Source: Pseudomonadota bacterium
GTDB taxonomy: Bacteria > Bdellovibrionota_B > Oligoflexia > Oligoflexales > RGVZ01
Assembly (NCBI GenBank): GCA_041178085.1
Contig: JBEGVZ010000037.1
Location: 8,733 to 72,732 of the forward strand
Direction: 5' to 3'
DNA length: 64,000 nucleotides
The position numbers and the translations under genes are program-made. The notes beneath the pieces were generated by a model. The model made no database searches and was not told the origin of the DNA. It saw nothing but the letters and a program-made list of their open reading frames with translations. Shown one piece after another: positions 1-9,849 of the stretch; the stretch's first letter is position 1; every line of letters begins with the position of its first letter.

Positions 1-749
1 GACAGACGGCTCACCCCAGGAATTGCGGGTATGTCCCGGTCCTTGTTGTAACGAGCCGCCCGCTCGTCGTTAAAAGCCTTTAACCTGGCTTTGGCTCCCC
101 CCTCACCTGGCTCCCACTCCTCGGCAATGGAGAAAGTCCAGCGGGCCCTGGGATCAAGACGCAAGTCCCGAAGTTCCAGCGACTTGGGCCATTTAGCGGG
201 GGCTGGAATTGTCCGGGGCGCGGCCATGGGCTCAACCGGAGCCCCCATTTTGACCAGACTGCGCCAAAAAGGGGTGAACACCTTGAACGGCCCCCCGCTA
301 CCGGTCTTAACCTCTTCAGGCTCCCGCAGCAGATCTCCCCGGTGGGGCATCGCCTCGCAACCCAGTCCGGCCAGGGCTTTTGTGACCTTTTCATCGATTG
401 CCACGATGGGCGCCTCATAAATCCGGTGCCACAACACAGCGCGGGCGCCGGATTCCCTGGCAATCGCAGCCAATTCCTTCACCGGATCACCGTGACGCAA
501 CAACAAGCGCGAACCAAGCCCGCGCAAGGTCTTGTCCAGATGATTGAGGCTGTGGTGCAGCCACCAGCGCTGGGCGCCACCGACAGGCCAAGAGTCCTGC
601 TCATCCTCAAACAGGACATAAACCGGGATCACCGCCTCGAAGTCGCGACAAGCACGGAGCAATGCGTAATGGTCCGAAACCCGCAGGTCGCGACGGAACC
701 ATAGGATCGCCGTACCCGTCGGGGGCGCAGCTTTTGGCGGAGGATTCAT
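1..749 (-). CDS. phrB: DNA photolyase/cryptochrome family protein, N-terminal ~249 aa (3' end lies beyond the window)
   Basis: Absent from the ORF track because there is no stop in the window. Manual minus-strand translation from ATG 749-747 gives MNPPPKAAPPTGTAILWFRRDLRVSDHYALL...GGAQRWWLHHSL...GPFKVFTPFWR...YNKDRDIPAIPGVSRL. These are typical photolyase N-terminal and FAD-domain motifs. The gene starts 9 nt after the greA stop. Confidence 0.8.
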   Translation of the reverse strand, partial: MNPPPKAAPPTGTAILWFRRDLRVSDHYALLRACRDFEAVIPVYVLFEDEQDSWPVGGAQRWWLHHSLNHLDKTLRGLGSRLLLRHGDPVKELAAIARESGARAVLWHRIYEAPIVAIDEKVTKALAGLGCEAMPHRGDLLREPEEVKTGSGGPFKVFTPFWRSLVKMGAPVEPMAAPRTIPAPAKWPKSLELRDLRLDPRARWTFSIAEEWEPGEGGAKARLKAFNDERAARYNKDRDIPAIPGVSRL

Positions 750-757
750 GGACAAAC

Positions 758-1234
758 TCAGTAGTGGATGCTGGTGATGGTGTATTCAACCGAACCCTTG
801 GGGGCGTGGACCTCGATCAGGTCATCGACGCGCTTTCCGACCAGGGCACGAGCCAGTGGCGAACTAAGCGAAATACGATTTTCGCGGATGTCAGCTTCGA
901 TATCGCCCACGATCTGGTACGTCTTCTGCTCGCCCGACTCTTCGTCACAAAGTGTGACAAAAGCGCCAAAGCGAACCTGGTTTTGGTCACCCTCAGACGG
1001 GTCAATCACCTGAGCACGGGACAACTTGTCCTCCAGCTCGGCGATGCGGCCTTCGATGAAACCCTGGCGCTCCCGCGCGGCGGAATACTCTGCATTTTCA
1101 GAAAGGTCACCGTGAGAACGCGCCTCGGCGATATCCTGGATGACTCGTGGACGTTCCTCGGACTTGAGCCGCTGAAGCTCAGCTTGCAGCTGTTCAAAGC
1201 CGCGCTTCGTGAAAGGGATCGATTCTTTCGACAT
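758..1234 (-). CDS. greA: transcription elongation factor GreA
   Basis: 158 aa from ATG 1234, with a GGAGGAG RBS upstream. Sequence runs [23 protein letters not shown]...[17 protein letters not shown]...[12 protein letters not shown]. The ORF-track N-extension to 1288 was rejected. Confidence 0.95.
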   Translation of the reverse strand: MSKESIPFTKRGFEQLQAELQRLKSEERPRVIQDIAEARSHGDLSENAEYSAARERQGFIEGRIAELEDKLSRAQVIDPSEGDQNQVRFGAFVTLCDEESGEQKTYQIVGDIEADIRENRISLSSPLARALVGKRVDDLIEVHAPKGSVEYTITSIHY

Positions 1235-1259
1235 GGTCTCCTCCAGCCCCTGTTCTATA

Positions 1260-2621
1260 TCAGAGGCTGGTCGTCGCTGCGAATGCAAATGTCGTCAAGG
1301 AAGAAGTCACGTCGACCGGGTCGTTGACCCCTTCGACCTTCTGGGACTGGCCTGTGCCACTCTGGATCACGGCACCAACGCTGATCTGGCTATTGGGCTG
1401 GATGTACGCAGCAAACAGCGAGCCGCCTTTATAGTTGATATTGGTGCCCCCGGTGTACTTGCTCGAGGTGACTTCCGCGCGGGCATCGTTGTTGGTGAAA
1501 AAACCGCCACGCATCGCGACTGAAGGGGTTACGTAGAATTCGGCGCCAGCCGCATAGTTCAGCACCGCGTTGCGCCTTCCCGCCCCCTTGCTCCCGGCAG
1601 CGGCATCCACGTAGCTGATATCTCCCGATGCCATCAGCTTGGGGCTGGCAAACCATGCAACCCCCACACGCACCTCACCAGGTATCGTACCAAGCGGATT
1701 GGATGATTTTGCGTCCGACGAAGATGCCGTCTCCACAACCAGAGCCCCGGTGTTTCCCGTCACCCCGGAGTCAGATGTCTGTTGGGTCGCCAACCTGTCA
1801 GAGGCCACGGTCTTTTCCTGCGTAATCCATGATCCCTTGCGGATCGACAACCCGAGCGACAGGGATTGACCAAGGGCCATTTGAAAACCAAACGTTGGCT
1901 CAAACCCTTTTGCTTCAAGGCTGGTACGATTATTGGAGTACTGCTTCACCACGGTCGTGGCCACTGCCGTGCCGCTGGCCGTCTCCTCAACGACAGAGTC
2001 GCTCTGCTGGAAATCCTGGCTCAATTCGCTGATCGAAGTGTAGCGCACGGCTAATCCGGCAGACATCCGGCCAGACAAGCGATAACCGACGCCTGCAGCA
2101 ATGTGGGAAGTTGCCGTGCGCAGCTGCACGGTCCGGTGAAAGCCTTGGATGCTGGTGAACTTTGTTCCCGACTGGCCGATGTAAACCGTTGGCCAGCGGT
2201 CGTTCTGATCCAACAGCTCAGTGTCCGATGTGTACATGGCAAAGGCGCCCACAAGTCCCGGGACAAACCGGTCTAGCTTGTTCAATACGCCCAGAAATGG
2301 CGCAAAGGTGCCCCCTGCAGTCTCCGTGTAGCTTTGGTTGGCGATCACCTTCGAATACTCAGTGGTCTTGTTGTAAAACGCGTTTCCGGAACCAGAAATA
2401 TCGTTTGACTGCGCAAAAGCCAGCCCGGCCGGGTTGTAGTAAACGCCGGAAGCATCGTCGGCGACTGCTGTGTAAGCACCGCCAATGCCAATGGCGCGCT
2501 CGCCAACCAGCACGTTGCTGTAGTGATAAATGTCTGCGCGGGCCGCCCTTGCTAAAAACAAAGAAGCAGCGATCGAGGACGTAACTGCAACAAGACGAGG
2601 GTTCGGGAAAAATTTTCTCAT
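1260..2621 (-). CDS. outer-membrane transport protein, FadL/OMPP1/TodX-like beta-barrel
   Basis: Signal peptide [30 protein letters not shown] FadL-like N-terminal motif [30 protein letters not shown] is present. The rest has an alternating beta-strand character. Start re-picked at M17 of the track ORF. Confidence 0.65.
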   Translation of the reverse strand: MRKFFPNPRLVAVTSSIAASLFLARAARADIYHYSNVLVGERAIGIGGAYTAVADDASGVYYNPAGLAFAQSNDISGSGNAFYNKTTEYSKVIANQSYTETAGGTFAPFLGVLNKLDRFVPGLVGAFAMYTSDTELLDQNDRWPTVYIGQSGTKFTSIQGFHRTVQLRTATSHIAAGVGYRLSGRMSAGLAVRYTSISELSQDFQQSDSVVEETASGTAVATTVVKQYSNNRTSLEAKGFEPTFGFQMALGQSLSLGLSIRKGSWITQEKTVASDRLATQQTSDSGVTGNTGALVVETASSSDAKSSNPLGTIPGEVRVGVAWFASPKLMASGDISYVDAAAGSKGAGRRNAVLNYAAGAEFYVTPSVAMRGGFFTNNDARAEVTSSKYTGGTNINYKGGSLFAAYIQPNSQISVGAVIQSGTGQSQKVEGVNDPVDVTSSLTTFAFAATTSL

Positions 2622-2665
2622 CGGCTCAACTTTCAACAAAAGTGGGACCTGAAAATCCTTGTCTT

Positions 2666-3715
2666 TCATTCATCAGCGCTATTCGGATCCCGGCCACGGG
2701 ATTTTGCTGCCTTTTGTTTTGCCTTTTTTCCCGCAGGTTTCGCGGCGTCGCCGTTTTCCTTCGGTGCGGCCTGCTTGGGGGCCGGTGGCAAACGAAGCTG
2801 CATTGGCTTGAATCTTTCGAGTCCCTTTGCCCCGACAATGGAATCGGCTTTCAAGCTGACCAGCAACTGGTCAACCTTGAGGCGCCGTTCAACTGGCTTA
2901 GGGTGGGTTTTCTCAAGGGTCTTGGTGTTGAGCAGCTTTTGACGCGCAACCAGGCGCCCGAGGAAATTGGACATCGCTTTCGGATCGTAACCGGCGGCGA
3001 TTGCGTACTTCACACCTTCCTGGTCGGCTTCGTATTCCAGTTTATGATCAAGACCCTTCTCCAGGATCACATTCAAACCGGCCTTGGCCGCAGCAAGAAT
3101 GCTCAAACCGGCCACGGAGGAAGAGCCCAGGTAGCGCGCAATATTTTTAAACGTCTCTGATTGTTCAGTGACCTGGACGCGCTTGCGCATGCGCATGGCA
3201 GCGGATGCGTCCGGCTTGTCAGACGATGCCTTTGCCGCCTGCTCGAGCTTCTCTTTGTCCATCGACAACAAGGTGTTCATCATGTGGCGATTGCCAACAT
3301 GTGCTGACTCGTGTCCCAGGATGGCCGCCAGTTCTGCTTCGTTTTCTGCCTGGCGCAGCGCACCCATCGTGACCAGGATGTAGCCTCCGGGACAGGCAAA
3401 GGCGTTGACCGCCTCGCTGTTCAATAGCCGGATCATGTATCGGCGATCTGCGTGCGGGCCTTGTTGGGCAACGTAGTTGCCAATCAGGTTCAAGTACGCG
3501 TTCAGGGGCTCGTCGTTGTATTCGCCATAGTATGTCACCAGGCGCCCGGCCATGTTGCGACCGATCTCGAGCTCCGCACGGAACTCACCCAGCTTTTTTT
3601 CTTCTTCGGCAGAGAGCCCGGCCTGTCCCTCAGGCTTCGACTGGGCTTGGGCCAAGGCGAAACCGGCAACAAAGACCACGGCCAACCCTGGCCACAGAAT
3701 CACTCTTCGGCTCAT
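2666..3715 (-). CDS. periplasmic M48-family zinc metalloprotease
   Basis: Signal peptide MSRRVILWPGLAVVFVAGFALAQA. HExxH motif in ILGHESAHVGNRHM, and a Lys/Ala-rich C-terminal tail. GGAG RBS. Confidence 0.75.
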   Translation of the reverse strand: MSRRVILWPGLAVVFVAGFALAQAQSKPEGQAGLSAEEEKKLGEFRAELEIGRNMAGRLVTYYGEYNDEPLNAYLNLIGNYVAQQGPHADRRYMIRLLNSEAVNAFACPGGYILVTMGALRQAENEAELAAILGHESAHVGNRHMMNTLLSMDKEKLEQAAKASSDKPDASAAMRMRKRVQVTEQSETFKNIARYLGSSSVAGLSILAAAKAGLNVILEKGLDHKLEYEADQEGVKYAIAAGYDPKAMSNFLGRLVARQKLLNTKTLEKTHPKPVERRLKVDQLLVSLKADSIVGAKGLERFKPMQLRLPPAPKQAAPKENGDAAKPAGKKAKQKAAKSRGRDPNSADE

Positions 3716-3766
3716 CTTCGAGCTCCGGATCTTGATGCGTACAATTAAAGGAAACTTCCTAAGAAG

Positions 3767-4306
3767 TTACTTGCTTTTCGATTCTTTCGCAATTTCATCG
3801 AAAACCTTTTCTGAGAGGCTTTCGATCTCCTTCGCCGGCACCTTCAGGTCTTCCATCGCAAAGACCGATTTCAGATTGGGCCGCGCGTTTGCCGCGAACG
3901 AAGTGTCGTTTGTCTCATCGAGGCCACGAACCCCCATCACTGTCGAACGAGCGCGAGCGCTTGCCCCTTCTGAACCCGACCGTCCATTCAGGACAGCTTC
4001 CTTGATCGCACCGGACAGCGCGCCGCCGCTGGAGTCCATCGCTTTGACCTTGACCGCCAACACCGAGACAAAACCGGTCTTGCCGCCAGCCGTTTTGACC
4101 TGCCAGTGCATGCCTTTTCGCTCAAGGGATTCGACCGACTCACCGGCTTTCAAAGTTGCCACCACGGCGGCACCTTTTTCCGGGGACGCCGTGACCTGGA
4201 CGCCGTCTTGCTTCGCTTCGACCGCACCCGCCAGAGCGCTACTGGATATACCGCAGACGAGGGCAATCAAAGCCGCTCGTAAGAATGGCCAATGCTTGGG
4301 ATCCAT
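3767..4306 (-). CDS. secreted protein with bacterial SH3-like segment (function unknown)
   Basis: N-terminal signal sequence (ALIALVCGISSSALAGA). SH3b-like stretch VTASPEKGAAVVATLKAGESVESLERKGMHWQVKTAGGKTGFV. Strong RBS GAGGGGGAAG. Confidence 0.6.
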   Translation of the reverse strand: MDPKHWPFLRAALIALVCGISSSALAGAVEAKQDGVQVTASPEKGAAVVATLKAGESVESLERKGMHWQVKTAGGKTGFVSVLAVKVKAMDSSGGALSGAIKEAVLNGRSGSEGASARARSTVMGVRGLDETNDTSFAANARPNLKSVFAMEDLKVPAKEIESLSEKVFDEIAKESKSK

Positions 4307-4357
4307 AAGTCTCTTCCCCCTCAGCTCTGAAATCGGGGTGACTTCCTGGATCTTTAG

Positions 4358-5608
4358 TCAGCCCCGTAACCTTATGCGATGATAATGCTTTTTGCCCCTC
4401 CGGACCAGACACCCGGCAGCCTTTTCCAGCTCTGCCACGGCGACTCTCGCCTGGACATCGGAAACCTTGACGTCGTCCACAGAAAGCCCACCCTGCTGGA
4501 TCAGGCGTTTTGCCTCCGCCTTGGTTGCCACAACGCCGGAGAAAGCCAGCATGTCGACCACGCTGATATCAGGTTTCCCCTCCAGGGCGCTGCGATCTAC
4601 GAAATGCTCCGGTTCGTTGCCTGCGGACTGTCCCCCATGCGCACCGCTACTGAAAAGTCGCTGGGCCGATTCACGGGCATCGTTGGCAGCATCCTCTCCA
4701 TGAACGATTTTGGTGCACTCCCAGCCAAGACGCTTTTTGACATCGTTGATGGCGGCACCTTCCGCGCGAGCCAATTCCCGGATCTCGGCCATCGGCAGGT
4801 CCGTGAAGTAGCGCAAGCATGGCTCGACCATGACGTCCTCAACGTTGCGCCAGTATTGAAAGTACTCAAACGGGCTGGTCTTCGATGCATCAAGCCAAAC
4901 CGCGCCTTTTTCCGTCTTGCCCATCTTGCGCCCGTCAGGCGTCGTCAAGAGCGGCGTCGTCACACAGAAAGCCTTGCCGCCGGTCAGGCGACGCACCAGG
5001 TCCACCCCCGAAAGCATGTTGCTCCACTGATCGTCACCGCCAAGTTGCACCGAGCAATCCACCGTCCGGTAAAGGTGCAGGAAGTCGTAACTCTGGAGCA
5101 GCATATAGTTGAATTCGAGAAAGCTGAGACCTTTCTCCAGGCGCTGCTTGAAGCATTCCGCTGCCAGCATGCGGTTGACGCTGAAGTGACGACCAATGTC
5201 GCGCAGGAAAGGCAAATACTGAAGTGCTGTGAGCCAGTCGGCGTTATTGAGCAACACGCCCCGCGCCTGGTTCTTCAGGTCAATGAAAAGCCCCAGCTGC
5301 TCGCGAAGTCCCGCCAGGTTTTTTTGGATCCCTGAGTCGTCAATCATTTGACGCATCTCGGATTTCCCGGATGGATCACCGATCAACCCGGTGCCGCCAC
5401 CTACCAGTGCCACAACCTTGTGTCCCGCTGCCTGCCAGCGACGCAGAGCCATCACCGGCATCAGGTGACCAACGTGCAAACTGTCGGCGGAAGGATCGAA
5501 ACCGCAGTACGCGACACGGGTTCCCGAGGAGAGGTGTCCGGCCAATTCGTCCTCGTGGGTGATCTGAGCGATCAACCCCCTCTCCCGCATGACTTCTAGA
5601 AAACCCAT
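4358..5608 (-). CDS. tyrS: tyrosine--tRNA ligase
   Basis: HIGH-type motif (SLHVGHLMPV), KMSKS-type motif (KMGKTEKG) and a C-terminal S4-like domain. Start re-picked at MGFLEVMRERGLIAQ (ATG 5608, AAGGA RBS). Confidence 0.93.
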   Translation of the reverse strand: MGFLEVMRERGLIAQITHEDELAGHLSSGTRVAYCGFDPSADSLHVGHLMPVMALRRWQAAGHKVVALVGGGTGLIGDPSGKSEMRQMIDDSGIQKNLAGLREQLGLFIDLKNQARGVLLNNADWLTALQYLPFLRDIGRHFSVNRMLAAECFKQRLEKGLSFLEFNYMLLQSYDFLHLYRTVDCSVQLGGDDQWSNMLSGVDLVRRLTGGKAFCVTTPLLTTPDGRKMGKTEKGAVWLDASKTSPFEYFQYWRNVEDVMVEPCLRYFTDLPMAEIRELARAEGAAINDVKKRLGWECTKIVHGEDAANDARESAQRLFSSGAHGGQSAGNEPEHFVDRSALEGKPDISVVDMLAFSGVVATKAEAKRLIQQGGLSVDDVKVSDVQARVAVAELEKAAGCLVRRGKKHYHRIRLRG

Positions 5609-5685
5609 CTTTGCGCTATCCTTGAAGAAAGACCCAACACGATTCGTCAGCAAGTCCACCAAATTGTGCCGGGGGATCGGGGCCC

Positions 5686-6288
5686 ATGCAAGCCGAGAAG
5701 TGCCTGACATTCCTGCTCGGACCGGCCCATTCGGGCAAATCCGCGGAAGCCATTGCCCTGGCGGACCACAAACTGGACACGCTGGTCATTGGCATGGCCA
5801 ACATACAGCACCCGCTGATGCAGGCCCGCGTGGAGGCTCTGAAAGGCAGCCGACCCACTCACTGGCAGCACGTCGACCAGCCAGGCGACCTGCCAGCATT
5901 CCTGTTTGCCGCGGCCCAGGCCCACGAACAAATCGTCATCGACTCACTCAACCTTTGGCTGGCCACGTTGACCGTGAATTGGCAAGCAGGCCAGGCAAGT
6001 CGCTCGGCAATTGACCTGGCCCAGATGCTGGGCACGGAATGCGACCGCATGGTGGATGCGCTGAAGAGAAGTCGCGAGTCCGCAGGCGGAACAAAACTGA
6101 TCGTAGTCGGCGCCGAAATGGGTGCTTCCCCGTCTCCCCCCGTCGAAACTGAACGGGCATTCCGGGAAGCCAACGGAAAATTAAACCGGGCCATCGCCGC
6201 GACCGCAGACCGGGTTATACTCATGACGGCCGGTATTCCAACGGTACTTCGTTCCAACGTCCACAATCAGAGCCATATTGGAGGCTAA
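5686..6288 (+). CDS. cobU: CobU/CobP-like adenosylcobinamide kinase / cobinamide-phosphate guanylyltransferase family protein
   Basis: P-loop LGPAHSGKSAEA. It aligns by eye with Salmonella CobU along its full length (ARVEALKGSRPTHWQHVD; IVIDSLNLWLATL; LIVVGAEMGASPSPPVETERAFREANGKLNRAIAATADRVILMTAGIP). Confidence 0.65.
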   Translation: MQAEKCLTFLLGPAHSGKSAEAIALADHKLDTLVIGMANIQHPLMQARVEALKGSRPTHWQHVDQPGDLPAFLFAAAQAHEQIVIDSLNLWLATLTVNWQAGQASRSAIDLAQMLGTECDRMVDALKRSRESAGGTKLIVVGAEMGASPSPPVETERAFREANGKLNRAIAATADRVILMTAGIPTVLRSNVHNQSHIGG

Positions 6289-6290
6289 AA

Positions 6291-6908
6291 ATGTTCAACG
6301 AATTTATCGGACAATCTGTTTGCCGGGTCATTGCAATCTCGGGTCTGACGGTTGCAAGCCTTGCGATCTCCAGCAACGCCTTCGCCATCGTCAGTGGCCA
6401 GGTCAACGTCGGCAAGCGCACCGCGACCAGCAAGGTCGGCGGCAGCGAAAAGACTTACGCCGCGGACGAATACGGCGCCGGAGTCTGGCTGGATCCAATT
6501 CCCTTGGTGCCAGTCGCTTTCGGGGCCAGCATGCTGGTCCAGAACTGGGATAAAGACGATTTCGGGGCGACCACCACGGGGTCCGAACTGAGCCTTGATG
6601 TCAAAGGCTGGTTGCCCATGGTTCCGGTCGTGACGCCGTATGCGAAATTGAGCTACGTCCTTGCAGGAACCATCCTGAGCGAAACCACTGGCCTGAAAAA
6701 CAAGTACAGCGTGACGGGTACCCGCGCGAACATTGGCGTGCTCTACGGCATCCTGCCGACCGTGAGCGTGGCCGGTGAATTCGGCACAGGATCCCAGCAA
6801 ATCAAAGTCGATGAAACCACCGTTGCAGGGGTGAAAGTCTCTGCGTCTTCGCCGTCTTACGACTGGAAGACCACCTCTTACGCCGTCGGCGTCAACGTCG
6901 GCTTCTGA
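6291..6908 (+). CDS. small outer-membrane beta-barrel protein (OmpW/OmpA-beta-barrel-like)
   Basis: GGAGG RBS. Signal peptide ending SSNAFA, alternating beta-strand pattern and a C-terminal ...VGVNVGF (terminal Phe). The antisense 252-aa ORF was rejected. Confidence 0.7.
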   Translation: MFNEFIGQSVCRVIAISGLTVASLAISSNAFAIVSGQVNVGKRTATSKVGGSEKTYAADEYGAGVWLDPIPLVPVAFGASMLVQNWDKDDFGATTTGSELSLDVKGWLPMVPVVTPYAKLSYVLAGTILSETTGLKNKYSVTGTRANIGVLYGILPTVSVAGEFGTGSQQIKVDETTVAGVKVSASSPSYDWKTTSYAVGVNVGF

Positions 6909-7238
6909 CCCCCCCGGTACTGCGGTCTTAACGGGTGCCGTGCTGGCAGCATCGCCAGTACGGCCCCGGGAACTGCTCTTCTTCACTGCGCCTGACCTTG
7001 AAAGACATGCCCCGCCCAAGCCCTCCGCGCTAAATTTCAACACACTGAAAATTGAAACAAAACCTTCTAAGCAACGAACATTAATGGGTTTTACGCCGCC
7101 CAGAGATGTCTCTGGAACAAAAGTGGAAAATCCTTGGCCTGACGATCATTGTCCACCGTTTGCCCGGCCCCGGAATGGCATTGCCCGGGACCGTGATCTA
7201 ATCTAATTAAGGCCCTTGCCTGAGTTGGAGATTCAACG

Positions 7239-8000
7239 ATGCCAAATGACACGGTAACCCTTACAGACCATGCCTCACACGCCCAGCTGCCTGCGCGTGC
7301 AGAGAACCAGAACCAGATCGAGTCGATGTTCGACCGTGTCGCCCCCAAGTACGATTTCCTGAACGCCCTCCTCAGCTTCCGCCAGGACCAGCGCTGGCGC
7401 AACCGGCTGGCCGCACTCATTCCTTACAAGCCTGCCGGCGCATTGCTGGATGTCGCCACCGGCACCGGTGATGTCTTGATGACGGCATTGGTCCGGCGCA
7501 AGGAATACACGCGATTCAGCGGTGTCGACATCTCGAACGAGATGCTGGGCTTGGCCAAGGCAAAAGCGAGCCAGCGTCAGTTCAGCAACCTTTGCGACTT
7601 TCATCAGATGAGCGCTGAGAAACTCAACTTCGCCGACGCCACCTTTGACTGCATCACGATTTCGTTCGGCTTGCGCAACGTCGTCGACCGGGAGAAAGCA
7701 CTCCAGGAATTCAGCCGTGTCCTGAAACCAAAAGGCACTTTGCTCATCATGGAGTTTTTCACTCCCCGCTCCCACCTGGTTGCGAAGGGATTCGAATTGT
7801 ACTTCCACAAGGTTTTGCCGGTGATCGGCGGAATCTTCAGCGACCGAAGCGCGTACACGTACCTGCCTCGCAGCGTAGCCGCCTTCTATTCGACGGACCA
7901 GCTACGTGGTGCACTGTACCGGTCAGGTTTCCTGGTGAACCAGGAAGTGTCGTTCTTGTTTGGCGGGTGCAAAATCATTCAAGCACGCAAGCTCGGCTAG
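7239..8000 (+). CDS. ubiE: demethylmenaquinone / ubiquinone C-methyltransferase UbiE/MenG
   Basis: MFDRVAPKYDFLNALLSFRQDQRWR. SAM motif LDVATGTGDV, then ISFGLRNV and LKPKGTLLIMEF. Confidence 0.92.
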   Translation: MPNDTVTLTDHASHAQLPARAENQNQIESMFDRVAPKYDFLNALLSFRQDQRWRNRLAALIPYKPAGALLDVATGTGDVLMTALVRRKEYTRFSGVDISNEMLGLAKAKASQRQFSNLCDFHQMSAEKLNFADATFDCITISFGLRNVVDREKALQEFSRVLKPKGTLLIMEFFTPRSHLVAKGFELYFHKVLPVIGGIFSDRSAYTYLPRSVAAFYSTDQLRGALYRSGFLVNQEVSFLFGGCKIIQARKLG

Positions 8001-8057
8001 GATCCACGCTTCACGAGGCGCTGGTTCGCGGTTGCTTCAGCAACGAAAGGTAAAAAC

Positions 8058-8498
8058 ATGAAACGTTTCGCCCTGGCATTGACTGCCACCAGCGTACTGA
8101 CGGGCCACTCAATAGCCGCTGCCGACCACCGGGTTCCGCCTGTTTTTGCCATCTGTGACACGGCCGAGGGCCTGCCCATGATGAACATCCAGGTCAGGAA
8201 ATACGCGGACAACTCCGGTGTGATGGTTTATTTGGCGACGCTGCAGCCTGGGACGCGCTACTGGTCGACCGATGCTATCGTCGGGAAAGAACTCGACCTC
8301 GGCAGGGATCCAATTTGCGAAGTTTACGAATTCAACGCAAAAAAGAACCGCGGGACCGACGTCCGTGAAATACACGTATGCTTTGAACGCCATGAAAATG
8401 GAACCTATGGGGGCGTTCTTCGCCGGGATACAGAAAGCGGCTTTGAAGTCGAGCGCCCGCTAAGGTGTTCTTATCCGACACAACAGATACCGGGCTAA
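8058..8498 (+). CDS. hypothetical secreted protein
   Basis: Signal peptide MKRFALALTATSVLTGHSIAAA. 4 Cys. No recognisable domain. Confidence 0.5.
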   Translation: MKRFALALTATSVLTGHSIAAADHRVPPVFAICDTAEGLPMMNIQVRKYADNSGVMVYLATLQPGTRYWSTDAIVGKELDLGRDPICEVYEFNAKKNRGTDVREIHVCFERHENGTYGGVLRRDTESGFEVERPLRCSYPTQQIPG

Positions 8499-8539
8499 TT
8501 TCCTTGAACTGTTGATTGGCTGCGCCAGCATGCCGATGA

Positions 8540-9091
8540 TCAAGGTGCCGCGGATTCTTCTGGCAGATGCTTTCTAAATTCTTCAAGCACATCGTCGAGA
8601 GCCTTTTCCAGAGCCTTCTGGTCAGCAACGTTCGGCAGGGACGTGCCGGTTGGAGGCGTCACGCCCGGAGCACCTGAGGCGGTGTTTGCGGGCATTGCTG
8701 CAGCTGGTTCATCAAGGTACATGCAGATGTAACCTTCGTTTACGGTGAAGAGGTTGCCGGTCTGGACCGGAGCCTTGCCCTTGGAATCCGTCACAAGGAC
8801 CTTGAGTCCTGGCCCCTCGCAGACCGGAGTCAACGCCCAGCGCCCCTGATTGGTGGGTATGCGCGCCATGTTGGCAACACAAGGCAGCTGGCAGTTAACC
8901 ACAGAGCGCACCACATTACGCATGTCTTCCAGGTTTCCGCGGTCACGCACCTTGTCCTGGACAAAGATTTGCTGGCGGAAGATCTCTGCTATCCCCAGCG
9001 CCAGGATCCCCATCAGCCCAATCGCTACCAGGACTTCAAGAAGAGAAAATCCATGGCTTTTTTGATTCACCTTGATGTGATCCGCTTCCAT
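8540..9091 (-). CDS. prepilin-type N-terminal cleavage/methylation domain protein (type IV pilin / T2SS pseudopilin-like)
   Basis: ATG 9091 with an AAGGA RBS. MEADHIKVNQKSHG|FSLLEVLVAIGLMGILALGIAEIF has the canonical G-F-x-x-x-E class III signal. The upstream 134 codons of the track ORF (to 9493) overlap the SBP gene in another frame and were rejected. Confidence 0.75.
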   Translation of the reverse strand: MEADHIKVNQKSHGFSLLEVLVAIGLMGILALGIAEIFRQQIFVQDKVRDRGNLEDMRNVVRSVVNCQLPCVANMARIPTNQGRWALTPVCEGPGLKVLVTDSKGKAPVQTGNLFTVNEGYICMYLDEPAAAMPANTASGAPGVTPPTGTSLPNVADQKALEKALDDVLEEFRKHLPEESAAP

Positions 9092-9849
9092 GAACCATCC
9101 TTCTTCATTGCGGCGAAAGCCTTTTGCCACTTCTCGACCTCTGCTCGTGGCATGTTGCGTGAGGCCGCCAAGTACAGGTCGTTCCGCCTGAGCACGATTC
9201 CGTAGTCCAGTTGTGCCGGGTCGTATCCCTCTGCCTTGAACACGAAGGGAGCGACCTTCCTTGCCACAAACCAGGCATCGATGTGCCCGGACTTGAGCTT
9301 TTTCGCATTGGTCTCTTCTGTCGCACCTGCATCCAGGGTGCCCAGACCATCTTTCTTCAGGAGAGCCGCGAGCGGACTGCCCAACAGCGCGCCGACACGC
9401 AGACCAGCAAGCTGATTGCGATTGATGATCCGGGCCCGTGTTCCTTTCATAGTCACGATCACTGCATCGTCTGAAAGGATCGGTGCGATCCACTGATATT
9501 GCGCCTCGCGTTCCGGTGTCCTGGTCAGCGGAATGATAAAGCGCGGCAGATTGTCAGAACTGTCACGAACCAATTGCTGTGCACGGTTCCATGAAGTCAA
9601 TTCAATGCGACCAGAATGCCCTGATCGACGTGCCATTTCGCGCACAACTTCGGCAAGGATCCCATCGACTCCGCTGCCATTGACGGTCGTATAGGGCGGA
9701 ATCGCCGCAGCGAAAATCGCATATTCAGCGGCAGACTTGGCATTCTTTTCGCCATCAGCAACCCCAGCAAAGACGCTGCTGGCAATCGTCAGGCTCATGG
9801 CTGTCACGGCTGTCATGGATGTCATGGATGTCATGGCAGCGCGCATCAT
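9067..9849 (-). CDS. periplasmic solute-binding protein, family 3 (PBPb/SBP_bac_3-like), orphan
   Basis: Signal peptide with repeated MTS units. SBP_bac_3-like body (IPPYTT...GILAEVVREMARRSGH...ELTSWNRAQQLV...PLTRTPERE...). No permease or ATPase gene is adjacent. Confidence 0.6.
   Translation of the reverse strand: MMRAAMTSMTSMTAVTAMSLTIASSVFAGVADGEKNAKSAAEYAIFAAAIPPYTTVNGSGVDGILAEVVREMARRSGHSGRIELTSWNRAQQLVRDSSDNLPRFIIPLTRTPEREAQYQWIAPILSDDAVIVTMKGTRARIINRNQLAGLRVGALLGSPLAALLKKDGLGTLDAGATEETNAKKLKSGHIDAWFVARKVAPFVFKAEGYDPAQLDYGIVLRRNDLYLAASRNMPRAEVEKWQKAFAAMKKDGSWKRITSR

Noticed and set aside
5609-5685. I checked for a T-box leader upstream of tyrS and for a cobalamin riboswitch upstream of the cobU-like gene.
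   Set aside because: The divergent intergenic region is only 77 bp, too short for either element, and no conserved T-box or B12-box sequence is visible.
9092-9493. A 134-codon N-terminal extension of the pseudopilin ORF (the track ORF 8540-9493).
   Set aside because: It overlaps the SBP gene out of frame and has an Arg/Cys/Gly-rich nonsense-like composition. A canonical prepilin leader with an AAGGA RBS begins at ATG 9091.
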